A stretch of DNA of 64,000 bases, taken from the NCBI GenBank assembly GCA_050010515.1, contig JBEKKX010000008.1, forward strand, positions 1-64,000, read 5' to 3'. The first letter of the stretch is position 1, and each line of letters opens with the position of its first letter. Origin of the DNA: Candidatus Bathyarchaeia archaeon (GTDB taxonomy: Archaea; Thermoproteota; Bathyarchaeia; Bathyarchaeales; Bathycorpusculaceae). The notes beneath the pieces were generated by a model. The model was not told the origin of the DNA and did not search any database. It worked only from the letters and a program-made list of their open reading frames with translations. The position numbers and the translations under genes are program-made. Below, piece after piece: positions 1 through 9,970 of the stretch.

Positions 1-77
1 GTAAATTCTACCGTTCAATTGGCCAGGTCAATGCTGAAACAATCAAACGCTACATAGAACAATCTAAGCATCCATAA
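1..77 (+). mobile_element. tnpA: IS200/IS605-family Y1 transposase TnpA, C-terminal end (partial, runs off the window)
   Basis: Frame from base 3 reads KFYRSIGQVNAETIKRYIEQSKHP*, matching the TnpA C-terminal helix with the catalytic Tyr (YI-x-x-Q-like). Not in the ORF track. Confidence 0.7.
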
Positions 78-85
78 TTTTTCTG

Positions 86-119
86 AAGATACCGCAACCG
101 TAAGGTTGCGGTCATTCAT
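86..119 (+). mobile_element. IS200/IS605 right-end subterminal hairpin
   Basis: Perfect stem ACCGCAACC-gtaa-GGTTGCGGT (91..112), preceded by GAAG and followed by CATTCA, just after the tnpA stop. Confidence 0.65.
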
Positions 120-258
120 TTTCCTGTTGGGAGGCATGTACCCAGGTGTCTTGTAAATCGGTTTCATCTGGGTCACCTGATTTGGTGGTTGTGCATGCCT
201 CCTAAATAAAATCAACTATCCAAGGGCACAAGCATCATTCTAAAATGCACTTGCGGAT

Positions 259-897
259 CTACTGGAATTGCCAATAGATTGAATTAGCTGAGATTATTAT
301 TGATCCATCATGGCTTTTAATCTGCAATTCCCTTGTCAAGAACCGGTTTAAATGAGGTTCATTATCGATAATGACTTTTCTTAACGCTATTGCAGGCTTC
401 AACTTGTCTGTAAATCTATCCGATTGTTCATTGTCACGTACGTCTGGATTTTCTGAATTTTCTATTTGCCGATCTCGCTCGCTGCCGCCTAAGTACGTTA
501 TTCGCTTAACTCCTCTTTCGAGAAAGAACCGGACGGGATCTGATAAGAAATTATAATACCAATCGCCGGTGTAAAGGGTGGGCGCGCCAACGGCTAATAC
601 CAAACGCTCTGCAGGTGAGAGATATGGCAAAATAACTCTCTCAACCGAGGTCTTTGGATTATTGTGAAAAAGTGTGTATAGCCCCGCAACATGATCTTCG
701 TGAAGATGTGAAAGTATTAGCAGATCCAATTTTCCGTTTGGAAGGGTATTCTTGTAGTCCAAAACTATGTCGTTCAGGTGCTGCTTTCTAAAGGAGCCAC
801 AATCATAGACAAACTCAAAGTCATTAATTTTTCCCGAATAGAAGAGCCCTTGCCCGGCATTATGAAAAATGAACTGTCTATTGGGTAATTGCTGCAT
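259..897 (-). CDS. MBL-fold metallo-hydrolase, probably C-terminally truncated
   Basis: N-terminal GQGLF, YDCGS and SHLHEDH (HxHxDH) motifs. Ends at 212 aa close to the IS end, without recognisable later MBL His motifs. Confidence 0.6.
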   Translation of the reverse strand: MQQLPNRQFIFHNAGQGLFYSGKINDFEFVYDCGSFRKQHLNDIVLDYKNTLPNGKLDLLILSHLHEDHVAGLYTLFHNNPKTSVERVILPYLSPAERLVLAVGAPTLYTGDWYYNFLSDPVRFFLERGVKRITYLGGSERDRQIENSENPDVRDNEQSDRFTDKLKPAIALRKVIIDNEPHLNRFLTRELQIKSHDGSIIISANSIYWQFQ

Positions 898-1014
898 CCA
901 GGTTCACCGTTCTCTATTGTAAACAACTTGCTTTTTAAGTCTGCTTTTAAAGAACTTCACTGGCCATCAAACTCTTTGCCAATCATCAATTACAAATTAA
1001 TCTTGTGAGTTATT

Positions 1015-1080
1015 GAAAAAAATGGGGCTTTGCGGGTGATATCTCCATGCGTAGAGAGCTCAAATCCCACCCCTGCACCA
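1015..1080 (+). repeat. Direct repeat copy 1 ending in a tRNA 3'-end-like sequence (att-like)
   Basis: GAAAAAAATGGGGCTTTGCGGGTGATATCTCCA...GCTCAAATCCCACCCCTGCACCA; closely similar copy at 2186..2250. Confidence 0.7.
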
Positions 1081-1180
1081 CTTATGAATCAGGAGTCAAA
1101 CTAAAACGCACTATAGCGAAGGCGTGGAACGCTAAATCTTAAATACAAAGTCAATACAAATCGCTCTTTGCGGGATTGTT

Positions 1181-2164
1181 TTGTCAACCCAACAATCGTG
1201 TGGTAATGCGTTGGACGAGTGGAAAGAAGCACGTTCTGTACTCGCCAGATTTGACAACAACCTTCATGATCTAAGGAAGTACGGATTTTCTTTCGTCACT
1301 GCCCTATTGGCAGCCAACGGTCTTATCAGCGTAGGCGGCACATCAGTGGTTACAGCTGAAGTTAAGGCGAGCATCCTTGTGGTCACGATGGGATTGATTG
1401 TGACTCTTAAACTCTTAGATAGCCATTATCTGGGCTTCGAGAACGCTGCTTCGTTACGCTGCAGAATGTTGGAAGACAGGTTGAACCTTGAATTGACTGG
1501 TGACGTTGCTTATTTCTACAATTTAGAGCATTGGTGGGCATACATACTGGCTCTTTACCTGGGATTTGTAGGCCTGACAGCATCACTCGGAATTGCAATC
1601 TTTTGGAACCAAACAGTCCTCCTTGTTTTGATAGGAATAGCAGCTGTGATTTCTGCAGTGTTGATAATTGTGATTGATAGGATAAGGTTAGCGAACAAAG
1701 ATTTGCAGGATTGGACCGTCGACTTGAAAATAGTCTGTCAAGGAACCCCCCTAAGGATAACTTACACCAACCTTAACTTTAACGAACGCAAGCAACCTGG
1801 AACTTTCACCCTTTGGTGGACAGTAAAGCCTTTACAGGTGAACAATCTGAAAGAATTAACGAAGGAACCGCCCGCGAAGGTCGTAAAGCTGAGGTATTTT
1901 GAGAATCATGTCTGGCTTTGGGAGACCGCTCAGGTGGAACCTGGGCTGTATGAGTTTGAAATGTTCTCCAACAGAGGGATCATAGAGGGAATTGAGGCTA
2001 AGACCAAAGACGACAAAATTGACGGAGCAACGGTAAGGGATCGATTTGAAAAAGTAATGAGCGAAAAGGGGAATGCTCCGTGTAAATGGATAATTCAAGT
2101 TACTTCGACCCCTAAACCAGCAGGGCCTCTGACGACTATTCTAGATGCGCTAAGCCATCAATGA
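1181..2164 (+). CDS. Hypothetical membrane protein (about 4 N-terminal TM helices plus a soluble C-terminal domain)
   Basis: 327-aa ORF with hydrophobic segments, TATA-like CTTAAATA upstream; sits between the two repeat copies. Confidence 0.65.
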   Translation: MSTQQSCGNALDEWKEARSVLARFDNNLHDLRKYGFSFVTALLAANGLISVGGTSVVTAEVKASILVVTMGLIVTLKLLDSHYLGFENAASLRCRMLEDRLNLELTGDVAYFYNLEHWWAYILALYLGFVGLTASLGIAIFWNQTVLLVLIGIAAVISAVLIIVIDRIRLANKDLQDWTVDLKIVCQGTPLRITYTNLNFNERKQPGTFTLWWTVKPLQVNNLKELTKEPPAKVVKLRYFENHVWLWETAQVEPGLYEFEMFSNRGIIEGIEAKTKDDKIDGATVRDRFEKVMSEKGNAPCKWIIQVTSTPKPAGPLTTILDALSHQ

Positions 2165-2185
2165 TTCGCTTAACTCAATGAGTAA

Positions 2186-2250
2186 GAAAAAAGGGGTTTT
2201 GCGGGTGATATCTCCACTCTGCGAGGGGTTCAAATCCCACCCACTGCACC
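2186..2250 (+). repeat. Direct repeat copy 2 ending in a tRNA 3'-end-like sequence (att-like)
   Basis: GAAAAAAGGGGTTTTGCGGGTGATATCTCCA...GGGGTTCAAATCCCACCCACTGCACC; has a T-loop GTTCAAATC and an acceptor-like CTGCACC. Confidence 0.7.
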
Positions 2251-2483
2251 TCTATAAGCAAAACGTATGGGGATCCCAACGGGCGATGGTTATTGCTTTT
2301 TGTGTTAAAGTTTGCGTTTTCTGAATATTAGCATTCTCGATTGAGCAGATATGTTCAAAGCCATTTTCTATTATGTCCTTGCTTCTTAATCGGTTTTCCT
2401 GTTGAAAGCAGAAATATAGCTTCTAAGCCGAAAAAGTGGCCTTTTGCGATAATAATTGAGAATCTAAAATCCAACTTGGCGAT

Positions 2484-3296
2484 TCAATGGTTTTTTGTTG
2501 CCTTTTTAAGTTCAGATGCAGTTGCTTGTAGCTCCTTTAGGAGAAGGTCGATGTTTTCCTGATGTGCTTTGATTAGGTTTATGAAGGCGCTTCCAACAAT
2601 TACGCCGTCAGCACCTGCCCCAACAATGCGCTTTACATGCTCAGGCTTTGAGATGCCAAACCCAACCGCCAGCGGAATCTTGCCAGAAGTGAAAGGCAAA
2701 ACTCGCTTGACCAGCTGAATAGTTGAATTCTCAATCGCTGACTGCGCACCTGTAACGCCGAAATGTGAAACAAGATACAGAAAACCTGAAGAACACTCAA
2801 CAATCCCCTCAAGCCGCTCATTAGAAGTGGAAGGTGCGGCTAGAAAAATTGTGTCTACACCAAATTGGCTTGCGGCTTTCTTGTAGTCGCCTGCTTCCTC
2901 CACAGGTAAATCTGGAACTATGACGCCGTCAACCAGGCACTCGCTGGCTAAACCGAAAAATTTCTCCAGCCCCATCCTGAACACTGGATTATAGTAAGTC
3001 ATTATTACAACTGGCGCATCATGGCTTTGCCGTATTTCCTTAGCAATTTCTAGCACTTTAACAGGCGTTGTGCCAGCAGCTAAAGCGCGTACGCTTGCAG
3101 CTTGAATTGTTGGTCCATCAGCAATCGGGTCGGAAAAGGGAAGCCCAAGCTCTAAAATGTCTACGCCGCCTTTGATTAAGGCGTCAGCAATTTTCGCCGT
3201 CAGTTCTGGTTTTGGATCTCCAGCCATAATGTAGCCGATGAGGGCTCCGTTTCCCTGCGCCTTAGCATTTTGGAATGCCTTGTTTATTGTGTTCAT
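2484..3296 (-). CDS. trpA: Tryptophan synthase alpha subunit
   Basis: [27 protein letters not shown] and ADGVIVGSA motifs. Confidence 0.97.
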   Translation of the reverse strand: MNTINKAFQNAKAQGNGALIGYIMAGDPKPELTAKIADALIKGGVDILELGLPFSDPIADGPTIQAASVRALAAGTTPVKVLEIAKEIRQSHDAPVVIMTYYNPVFRMGLEKFFGLASECLVDGVIVPDLPVEEAGDYKKAASQFGVDTIFLAAPSTSNERLEGIVECSSGFLYLVSHFGVTGAQSAIENSTIQLVKRVLPFTSGKIPLAVGFGISKPEHVKRIVGAGADGVIVGSAFINLIKAHQENIDLLLKELQATASELKKATKNH

Positions 3297-4489
3297 ATTT
3301 TTGCTCCTATGTAGTCTGCTATGGTTTCAACGTCTTTGTCTCCCCGTCCCGACACTGTTACAACGATTGACTGGGTCTTCTTCATTTTTGGAGCTATCTT
3401 CATTGCGTAAGCCACTGCATGTGAGGACTCTAATGCAGGCAGGATTCCTTCCTCTCTGGACAAAGTGAGAAAAGCATCTACCGCCTCCTTGTCTGTGGCT
3501 GAAACATATTGCGCTCTTTGGAGGGTTTTTAGGAAGGAGTGTTCTGGTCCAACGCCCGGATAGTCTAAGCCTGCGGACACGCTGCTTGTGTTCTGTATTT
3601 GCCCATTACTATCTTGAAGAACGTAAGTTAACATGCCGTGAAATACGCCTTCTGCTCCTGCACCAAGAGAAGCGGCGTGTTTGCCTGTTTCTAAGCCTTC
3701 TCCTGCAGCTTCAACACCATAAAACTTCACCTCATTATCATCTTCAAAGGGGTAGAATGTGCCTATAGCGTTGCTTCCGCCGCCAACACAAGCAACCAGT
3801 GCGTCTGGCAGTTTGCCTTCCTTTTTCTGGAATTGTTCTTTGAGTTCTTTGCCGATTACGCTTTGGAAATCCCTAACAATCATAGGATACGGATGGGGAC
3901 CGACGACTGAGCCGATTAAGTAATAAGTCGTCTGAAGGTTTGTAACCCAATCCCTGAACGCTTCGTTTATCGAATCCTTGAGGGTTTTTGAGCCCGCTTC
4001 CACAGGATGCACTTGCGCGTTTAGAAGTTTCATCCTGAAAACGTTAAGCCGCTGCCTTTCGCAGTCTTCCGTGCCCATGTAAACCTCAGCTTTTAAACCT
4101 AAAGCAGCGCAAGCTATTGCTGTGGCTACGCCATGTTGACCTGCTCCTGTCTCAGCGATTACACGCGTCTTACCCATCCGCTTAGCCAGCAACGCTTGGC
4201 CGATTGTATTGTTTATTTTGTGTGCTCCACCGTGGGCTAAGTCTTCACGTTTAAGGTAAATCTTGGCGCCGCCCACTTTACGCGTTAAGTTCTCAGCGTA
4301 ATACAATGGTGTCGGTCTTCCAACGAATTCTGAAAGGTAGTAGTCAAGTTCTTTCTGAAAACTTGGGTCTTTCCTTGCTTGTTCGTAGGCATCTTCCAAC
4401 TCCTTAATCGCTGCCATCAGGACTTCTGGAACAAAGCGACCGCCATATTTCCCATATTTTCCGTTAATTGGGTAATTGCTTACTTTCAT
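3293..4489 (-). CDS. trpB: Tryptophan synthase beta subunit (TrpB1 type)
   Basis: [15 protein letters not shown] (PLP lysine), [17 protein letters not shown] and [11 protein letters not shown] motifs. Confidence 0.98.
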   Translation of the reverse strand: MKVSNYPINGKYGKYGGRFVPEVLMAAIKELEDAYEQARKDPSFQKELDYYLSEFVGRPTPLYYAENLTRKVGGAKIYLKREDLAHGGAHKINNTIGQALLAKRMGKTRVIAETGAGQHGVATAIACAALGLKAEVYMGTEDCERQRLNVFRMKLLNAQVHPVEAGSKTLKDSINEAFRDWVTNLQTTYYLIGSVVGPHPYPMIVRDFQSVIGKELKEQFQKKEGKLPDALVACVGGGSNAIGTFYPFEDDNEVKFYGVEAAGEGLETGKHAASLGAGAEGVFHGMLTYVLQDSNGQIQNTSSVSAGLDYPGVGPEHSFLKTLQRAQYVSATDKEAVDAFLTLSREEGILPALESSHAVAYAMKIAPKMKKTQSIVVTVSGRGDKDVETIADYIGAKI

Positions 4490-5265
4490 TTTGCATTCAC
4501 AAACTCCTTAACTTTTTCTTCAATGTTATCGGTTGACATTATGGCTGATCCGCTAAGGAAAGCGCATGCACCACTTTCACGCAGAAACCGTATGTCTGCT
4601 GGCGTATTTATTCCGCTTTCGCTTACGACCACTTTGCCTTTTGGATTATTTTCGGCAAGAATTTGTTTTGTCACGTTCAAATCCACCTTTAATGTTGCAA
4701 GGCTACGGTTATTTATCCCAATCAAATCAGCGCCTGTTTTGATGGCGGATTGAAACTCCGATTCGGTGTGGGTTTCAAGCAAAACTTCAAGACCGAACAG
4801 ATGAGCCCCGTCTATCATTTCGTTAATGCTTTTTTCGCAGTATCCTCTGTCAAAAAGCGTTTTAATTAGCAAAACGGCGTTAGCTCCTATCTTTGATGCG
4901 GCTTCGATTTGTATTGGGCTTAAGATTATGTCTTTCATGAGGATGGGAAGTTTCACGGCTTCTCGCGCTTCAGTCAATGCTTCTAGAGAGCCGTTGAAGT
5001 GTTTTGGCTCAGTTAACACGGATATTGCGGTTGCTCCGCCTTTTGCCATAGCCTTCGCAATCATGCTTGCTTTAACGTTTTTTCTGATTACTCCGGCTGA
5101 TGGTGAAGCGGCTTTGATTTCGGTTATGACTGGGTTAGCTTTGCTTTCTAAAATTGCCTTCTTTAAGCTAATGCGAACTCTTTCTGTCGGCTTTAACGTT
5201 TCATAGTATCCGCTTTCAATTGTTTCTTTAGCATCACGAATCAGCACATCTAGAAAATCACTCAT
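4486..5265 (-). CDS. trpC: Indole-3-glycerol phosphate synthase
   Basis: [24 protein letters not shown] and SESGI motifs. Confidence 0.96.
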   Translation of the reverse strand: MSDFLDVLIRDAKETIESGYYETLKPTERVRISLKKAILESKANPVITEIKAASPSAGVIRKNVKASMIAKAMAKGGATAISVLTEPKHFNGSLEALTEAREAVKLPILMKDIILSPIQIEAASKIGANAVLLIKTLFDRGYCEKSINEMIDGAHLFGLEVLLETHTESEFQSAIKTGADLIGINNRSLATLKVDLNVTKQILAENNPKGKVVVSESGINTPADIRFLRESGACAFLSGSAIMSTDNIEEKVKEFVNAK

Positions 5266-6319
5266 ACTTCGCTTTCAACTCCTCAAGTTTTGACAGGTTT
5301 CCGCCTGAAGCTTTTACTAAAGCCTTAAGCTTGGCGTAGGCAGCTCCGCTTTCGATTGATTTACGGGCTATTTCCATGCCGCCTTCGAAGTCTTCTGCTT
5401 CCCCGCCAACAATGATTCCTGCCGCACTGTTGACAAGCACAAACTCCGCTTTGGGGTCATCTAAGGCGCAGTTGCCGCTGAGAATTTTGAATAAGGTTTC
5501 AGCGCTTTCCTCAGGCGTTTCCGCTTTCAAATCGGCGATGCTTGCTTTTTCTATTCCGAAATCGCTTGGAGAAGCCTCTCGTTCTGTTACTTTGCCTTTC
5601 TTTAACCATGCAATAGCCGTCTTTCCAACCGTTGACACTTCATCCAAGCCATCTAAGCCATGAACAACCATCGCTTCCTCGCAACCCAGCCGCTTCAACG
5701 CATAAGCCAATGGAGCTGTCAGTTTAGGGTCGTAGACGCCGAGCAGTTGGGCGTTGGCGCATGCTGGATTAGTTAGCGGTCCCAGAAGGTTGAATACTGT
5801 GCGAATCCCTATTTCGCGTCTTGGCTCAGCCGCATACTTCATGGCGGGATTGAAAGCTGGAGCAAACATGAAGCCTATCCCAACGTTTTCTATTATACCT
5901 TCAACTGCTTCGGGCTCCAAATACAGGTTAAGACCGAGCTTTTCTAGCACGTCGGCGCTGCCGCTTTGGCTGGTTACAGCCCTGTTTCCATGCTTAGCAA
6001 CCGCAACGCCGGCTCCTGCAATGACGAAGGCTGCTGCTGTGCTCACGTTGAAGGTTTTTATTTTGTCTCCGCCTGTCCCGCAGGTATCCACTAGGCGGCT
6101 ATGCACATGGGGATGTATCTGGCTGCTCTGCTCACGCATAACAGAGGCAAAGGCGATAAGTTCCTCAACAGCTTCACCCTTCATTCGCAAGGCTGTTAGA
6201 AAAGCAGCAGTCTGCGAGCTTGTTGCTTTTCCCGACATAACTTCTCGCATTATCGCTCCTGACTCGTCGCTTGTTAAGCTGTATCCTTCGATGAGTTTCT
6301 GAATGCCTTCCCTAATCAT
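5258..6319 (-). CDS. trpD: Anthranilate phosphoribosyltransferase
   Basis: DTCGTGGD, NVST, KHGNR, GSAD and GLDE motifs. Confidence 0.97.
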   Translation of the reverse strand: MIREGIQKLIEGYSLTSDESGAIMREVMSGKATSSQTAAFLTALRMKGEAVEELIAFASVMREQSSQIHPHVHSRLVDTCGTGGDKIKTFNVSTAAAFVIAGAGVAVAKHGNRAVTSQSGSADVLEKLGLNLYLEPEAVEGIIENVGIGFMFAPAFNPAMKYAAEPRREIGIRTVFNLLGPLTNPACANAQLLGVYDPKLTAPLAYALKRLGCEEAMVVHGLDGLDEVSTVGKTAIAWLKKGKVTEREASPSDFGIEKASIADLKAETPEESAETLFKILSGNCALDDPKAEFVLVNSAAGIIVGGEAEDFEGGMEIARKSIESGAAYAKLKALVKASGGNLSKLEELKAKYE

Positions 6320-6906
6320 AGCCGTCGCCTCTCATCCAAGAAGTTTTTAATTATAACTTTGCCGTCTTCGCAGAGAATCGATTCGGGATGAAATTGCACG
6401 CCATCAATCGGGTACTTAACATGCCGAATGCCCATAATTTCACCGTCATCAACGCATTCTGCGGTAATTTCTAAGCATGAAGGAATAGAGCACCGTTCGC
6501 CAGCAAGCGAATGATACCTCGTTGCCGTAAATGGGTTGCGTACACCTGTGAAAATGCCTTTTTGGTCATGTTTTATTGTGCATGTTTTTCCATGCATGAG
6601 CCTTTTGGCATGGATAATTTTTCCGCCATAAACGCTGATTATGCCTTGGTGACCTAAGCAAACGCCTAAAGTTGGAATTGTAGGACTCATGGTTTGCAGA
6701 ATCTTTGTGCAAACACCAAAGTACCTATCATCTTCAGGTGTGCCTGGACCTGGCGAAATCACAATTCTGTCAGGATTAAGCTTGGTTAACTGTTCTAGGG
6801 CAACTTGGTTGTTTCTGTAAACGATGATTTCTGCGCCCTGTTCACCTATGTACTGGACAAGGTTGTAAACGAACGAATCGTAATTATCGATTACTACTAC
6901 CTTCAT
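6316..6906 (-). CDS. trpG: Anthranilate synthase component II (glutamine amidotransferase)
   Basis: IDNYDSF, SPGPG, GVCLGHQ and QFHPES motifs. Confidence 0.97.
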   Translation of the reverse strand: MKVVVIDNYDSFVYNLVQYIGEQGAEIIVYRNNQVALEQLTKLNPDRIVISPGPGTPEDDRYFGVCTKILQTMSPTIPTLGVCLGHQGIISVYGGKIIHAKRLMHGKTCTIKHDQKGIFTGVRNPFTATRYHSLAGERCSIPSCLEITAECVDDGEIMGIRHVKYPIDGVQFHPESILCEDGKVIIKNFLDERRRL

Positions 6907-8319
6907 GGTTTTGCGTCTCCAGCCTGCTCAAGTGCCTGCATCAGCGCTTTTGCCTTGTCGTCTGTTTCGAACCATTCTCTTTCTGGAACTGAATCAGCTA
7001 CGATTCCGGCGCCAGCTTGAATGTACGCTTGGTTCTTGTCGGCGAAGAGGGTGCGGATGGTTATGGCAAAGTCGGCATTGCCATTGTATGAAAAGTAGCC
7101 TACTGCGCCAGCGTAAGGTCCACGCCTAGCTGGTTCAAGTTCATCAATGATTTCCATCGCTCGCACTTTTGGTGCTCCAGAAACCGTGCCAGCTGGAAAA
7201 ACAGCCCGCAGCGCATCATAGCTTTGAAGGTTTTCTTTAAGTTCACCTACCACTTGCGAAACAATATGTTGCACGTGGCTGTACTGGTGGATTTTCATGA
7301 ATTCAGGCACATGAACGCTTCCATACTTGGAGATTCTGCCAATATCATTACGTGCTAAATCGACAAGCATCACGTGTTCAGCACGTTCTTTTGGGTCGGC
7401 AAGCAGTTCACGGGCTAACTTGTTGTTTTCGCCGGGGTCTTCAGCAACGGGTCTTGTTCCTGCAATGGGGAAGGTTTCCACAATTCTATTTTCAACTCGA
7501 ACAAGCATTTCCGGGCTGGAACCAACGATTTGCCGATCGCCTGACTTGTAAAAGTACATGTAGGGTGAAGGGTTAATGGTGCGAAGACACTGATAAAACG
7601 AAATAAGGTCACCTTTTACGTGGAACTGGTAGCGTTTGGATAGGACAACTTGGAAAATGTCTCCTGCGGTCACGTATTCTTTTGCTTTTTCTACCGCTTT
7701 TTCGTAGTTTTCTTTTTTAGTGTTTACTTTAGGTTGAGTGTAAGATAATTCTTCAGAATTGATTGGTTGCTTGACTAGGCTTTCAACTTCGGGTAGGCGA
7801 TTCTCGCTTCGGTAATAGTAGAATGCTTGTCGCCGTATATGGTTGAAGATGAATCCGTCGTCAAATATGCCCATTTCCAAGTCAGGGAAATTCAGGTCAG
7901 CTTGAGAGTTTTCTGACAGTTTTTCCCAGTAACGTACCGCATCATACGAAATGTAGCCGACCGCTCCGCCAATGAATCTGAATTCACTGTTTGAGACTGC
8001 AGCGTCTTTGAGTAGGCTTTCTATGAGTTGCAGGGGGTCGGTTGTTTTCTGTGTGGTTGTTACGTCCGTTCTTTCGTTTTTGATTTGGGCTTTTTTGTTC
8101 TTGGTTTGGAGGATTATTTTTGGGTCGAATCCGATGAATGAGTATTGTGCGAGTTTTTTCGGTCCTTCGATTGATTCGAGAAGGTAGGTTGTTTTGTATT
8201 GTTTTTGAAGTTTTGAGAATATTTCGAGGGGTTGTTGTGTGATCTGGATTTTTTTGATTTTTAGGGGGTTAGCTGGTTTGGTTTCGGTTGTTGTGTGTGC
8301 GCCAAAGGTGATTCCCCAT
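6903..8319 (-). CDS. trpE: Anthranilate synthase component I; full length needs a +1 frame change near 8305
   Basis: C-terminal SPE, KERAEH and GTVSGAPK motifs. The frame stays open upstream of the track's 7880 start through LLESIEGPKKLAQYSFIG and GGAVGYISYD to a TGA at 8343..8345, with no in-frame ATG/GTG/TTG above 7880. Confidence 0.9.
8269..8319 (-). CDS. Putative trp leader peptide MGNHLWRTHNNRNQTS (16 aa, one Trp)
   Basis: First ATG after the predicted transcription start, with AAGGAAG upstream; Leu(CTT)-Trp(TGG) at codons 5-6; TAA at 8269..8271. Confidence 0.55.
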   Translation of the reverse strand: MGNHLWRTHNNRNQTS

Positions 8320-8357
8320 TTTTGTTCGTGCTTCCTTATGGTTCAGAAGCATACGTC

Positions 8358-8397
8358 AGTGTACTATTTAAGGCTTATCTGCACTAAAATGTACACT
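8358..8397 (-). promoter_or_regulatory. trp operon promoter with TRP-box-like operator
   Basis: Minus-strand TATA CTTAAATA (8366..8373) flanked by the inverted repeat AGTGTAC (8358..8364)/GTACACT (8391..8397); hexamers TGTACT, TGCACT and TGTACA at 8360, 8380 and 8390. Confidence 0.6.
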
Positions 8398-8716
8398 AAG
8401 GTTTGAGCACAACACTCATCCAATCCAGATAAGCCTTCGACGCATCAACAATCGGAAGCGCCAGAACCTCCGGAACCTCATAACTATGCAAACCTTTCAC
8501 ACGCTCAGCAACTTGCGAAAACAAATCTACGCGCGATTTCATAACGATTAAGCATTCCTCAGCCTTTTCAATTTTGCCAAACCAATGGAAAAATGACGCG
8601 ACCGGATTAACGATGTTACCGCAAGCAATCAAACGTTCATTCAAAAGTGCCTGTGTTATTTTTTCTGCTTCCTGCTTATCCTTCGCAGTAACTAATATGA
8701 TTATGTAATTGTTCAA
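8396..8716 (-). CDS. cutA: Divalent-cation tolerance protein CutA
   Basis: LIACGN, HWxGKIE and HSYEVPEV motifs; 106 aa. Confidence 0.93.
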   Translation of the reverse strand: MNNYIIILVTAKDKQEAEKITQALLNERLIACGNIVNPVASFFHWFGKIEKAEECLIVMKSRVDLFSQVAERVKGLHSYEVPEVLALPIVDASKAYLDWMSVVLKP

Positions 8717-9340
8717 CAGTTCCCACCCAGGTAACGTTAAGTTTTGAGGAATAAATAAACTTGATTTACTTGAATTTTGCCCTTTCTACCGAACTTCAAA
8801 ATATTTTACATAGGAGCCATTGAACTCAAAAATTTATGACGTGAAAGAGGAATATGTAATTTCGAGGCTTATTATTGCTAGTTTAGGGAGAAATTTCCCG
8901 CCGTCATATTTCGCCATCGGAATCCCAATTGTCTGTAAATCTATGAACAAATGCCAAATAGAAAAGGTAAGATTAGAATAATCTACTGCTAGGAAAATTC
9001 AATGACCATAGTCTACAGTTTGCTTGCGGATTTGTGGAACTTTATTTATAATTAGCGCCGCGCGGCTAGTCTTCTCGGCTTTTAGTGCAAAGTTTTGAAA
9101 ACTGCCTGAGCAAATTTAGCTTTTTTGCAGTTTTCATTGCAGTAGCCGCTCTTCAAACCTGCAAACGTGCCTAAGCCGACTGAATTGCAGGGTCACGAGC
9201 GTCTCAGGCGTGTTTTCAAGTTCGACCGCCACCTACTTTGTTGCTGGAAACGGAACGTGGTAGGTGAATTTGGGTCTCCCAAGACTGTTTGAAGCCATTT
9301 TCTCCTTAACAACGAGGCTCGAGAACAATCGCAGAGCAGA

Positions 9341-9970
9341 CTATGCTTTAAAAATCTCAATTTTCACCACAAGATATGCCCAGTAATTGCCGGGTGTGAC
9401 CAAGCCTTGAGGCCCTACAAACGCTACAGATAGGGGTCCTTGACCTGAAGCTAGGCTTGTACCATTGCAGTAGTAGGCAACGATCATCTTCAACGGCTGC
9501 GAGGCTTGTACTGTGGCTCCTGTCGTCGGATCGAAAGTGGTTAGTCCTTGACCATGCACCTGTTGATAAGTAAATGTCACCTGATAACCATCTGATCCCG
9601 TAACATTGACTTTCTCGCTGCTTGTAATACCTCCAACTAAATCCAAGAGAGTTAAAATAGGTACTCCCGTGTAATTCCCAAGATAAATCGTACCGCAAAC
9701 GTTACAAGTCATTCCCCCCTCACTGTATCCTCCATTTGCCGTGTAAGATTTTAAGGCGGCGAGTTCGCGTGAGTTCAGAACTTTTTGTTGTCCGTTAGCC
9801 CCTACGAGGGTCAAGTTCAGAGCTGGAAGAGTAACATTCGATTTTGTAACGTTTGAAGATTGCCAATAGATCTGCCAGGAAACTACGACGGCTACGATAA
9901 CGAGGATGATAAGAGGAATCGCTAACAGTTTCTTGTTGAATTTGCTTTTTGCTTCCGACTTCGCATTCAT
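9341..9970 (-). CDS. Membrane-anchored molybdopterin-binding-oxidoreductase-like domain protein
   Basis: N-terminal TM helix; YTGVP, DGY, VAY..NG and GPL pattern of the sulfite-oxidase-like fold; contains CNVC. Confidence 0.7.
   Translation of the reverse strand: MNAKSEAKSKFNKKLLAIPLIILVIVAVVVSWQIYWQSSNVTKSNVTLPALNLTLVGANGQQKVLNSRELAALKSYTANGGYSEGGMTCNVCGTIYLGNYTGVPILTLLDLVGGITSSEKVNVTGSDGYQVTFTYQQVHGQGLTTFDPTTGATVQASQPLKMIVAYYCNGTSLASGQGPLSVAFVGPQGLVTPGNYWAYLVVKIEIFKA

Noticed and set aside
235-261. Amber (TAG) readthrough extending the MBL hydrolase
   Set aside because: An in-frame TGA follows only 7 codons later (235..237), and there are no pyl genes in the window.
9100-9298. Possible regulator remnant (MASNSLGRPKFTYHV...)
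   Set aside because: Multiple in-frame stops and too little recognisable sequence to assign a family.
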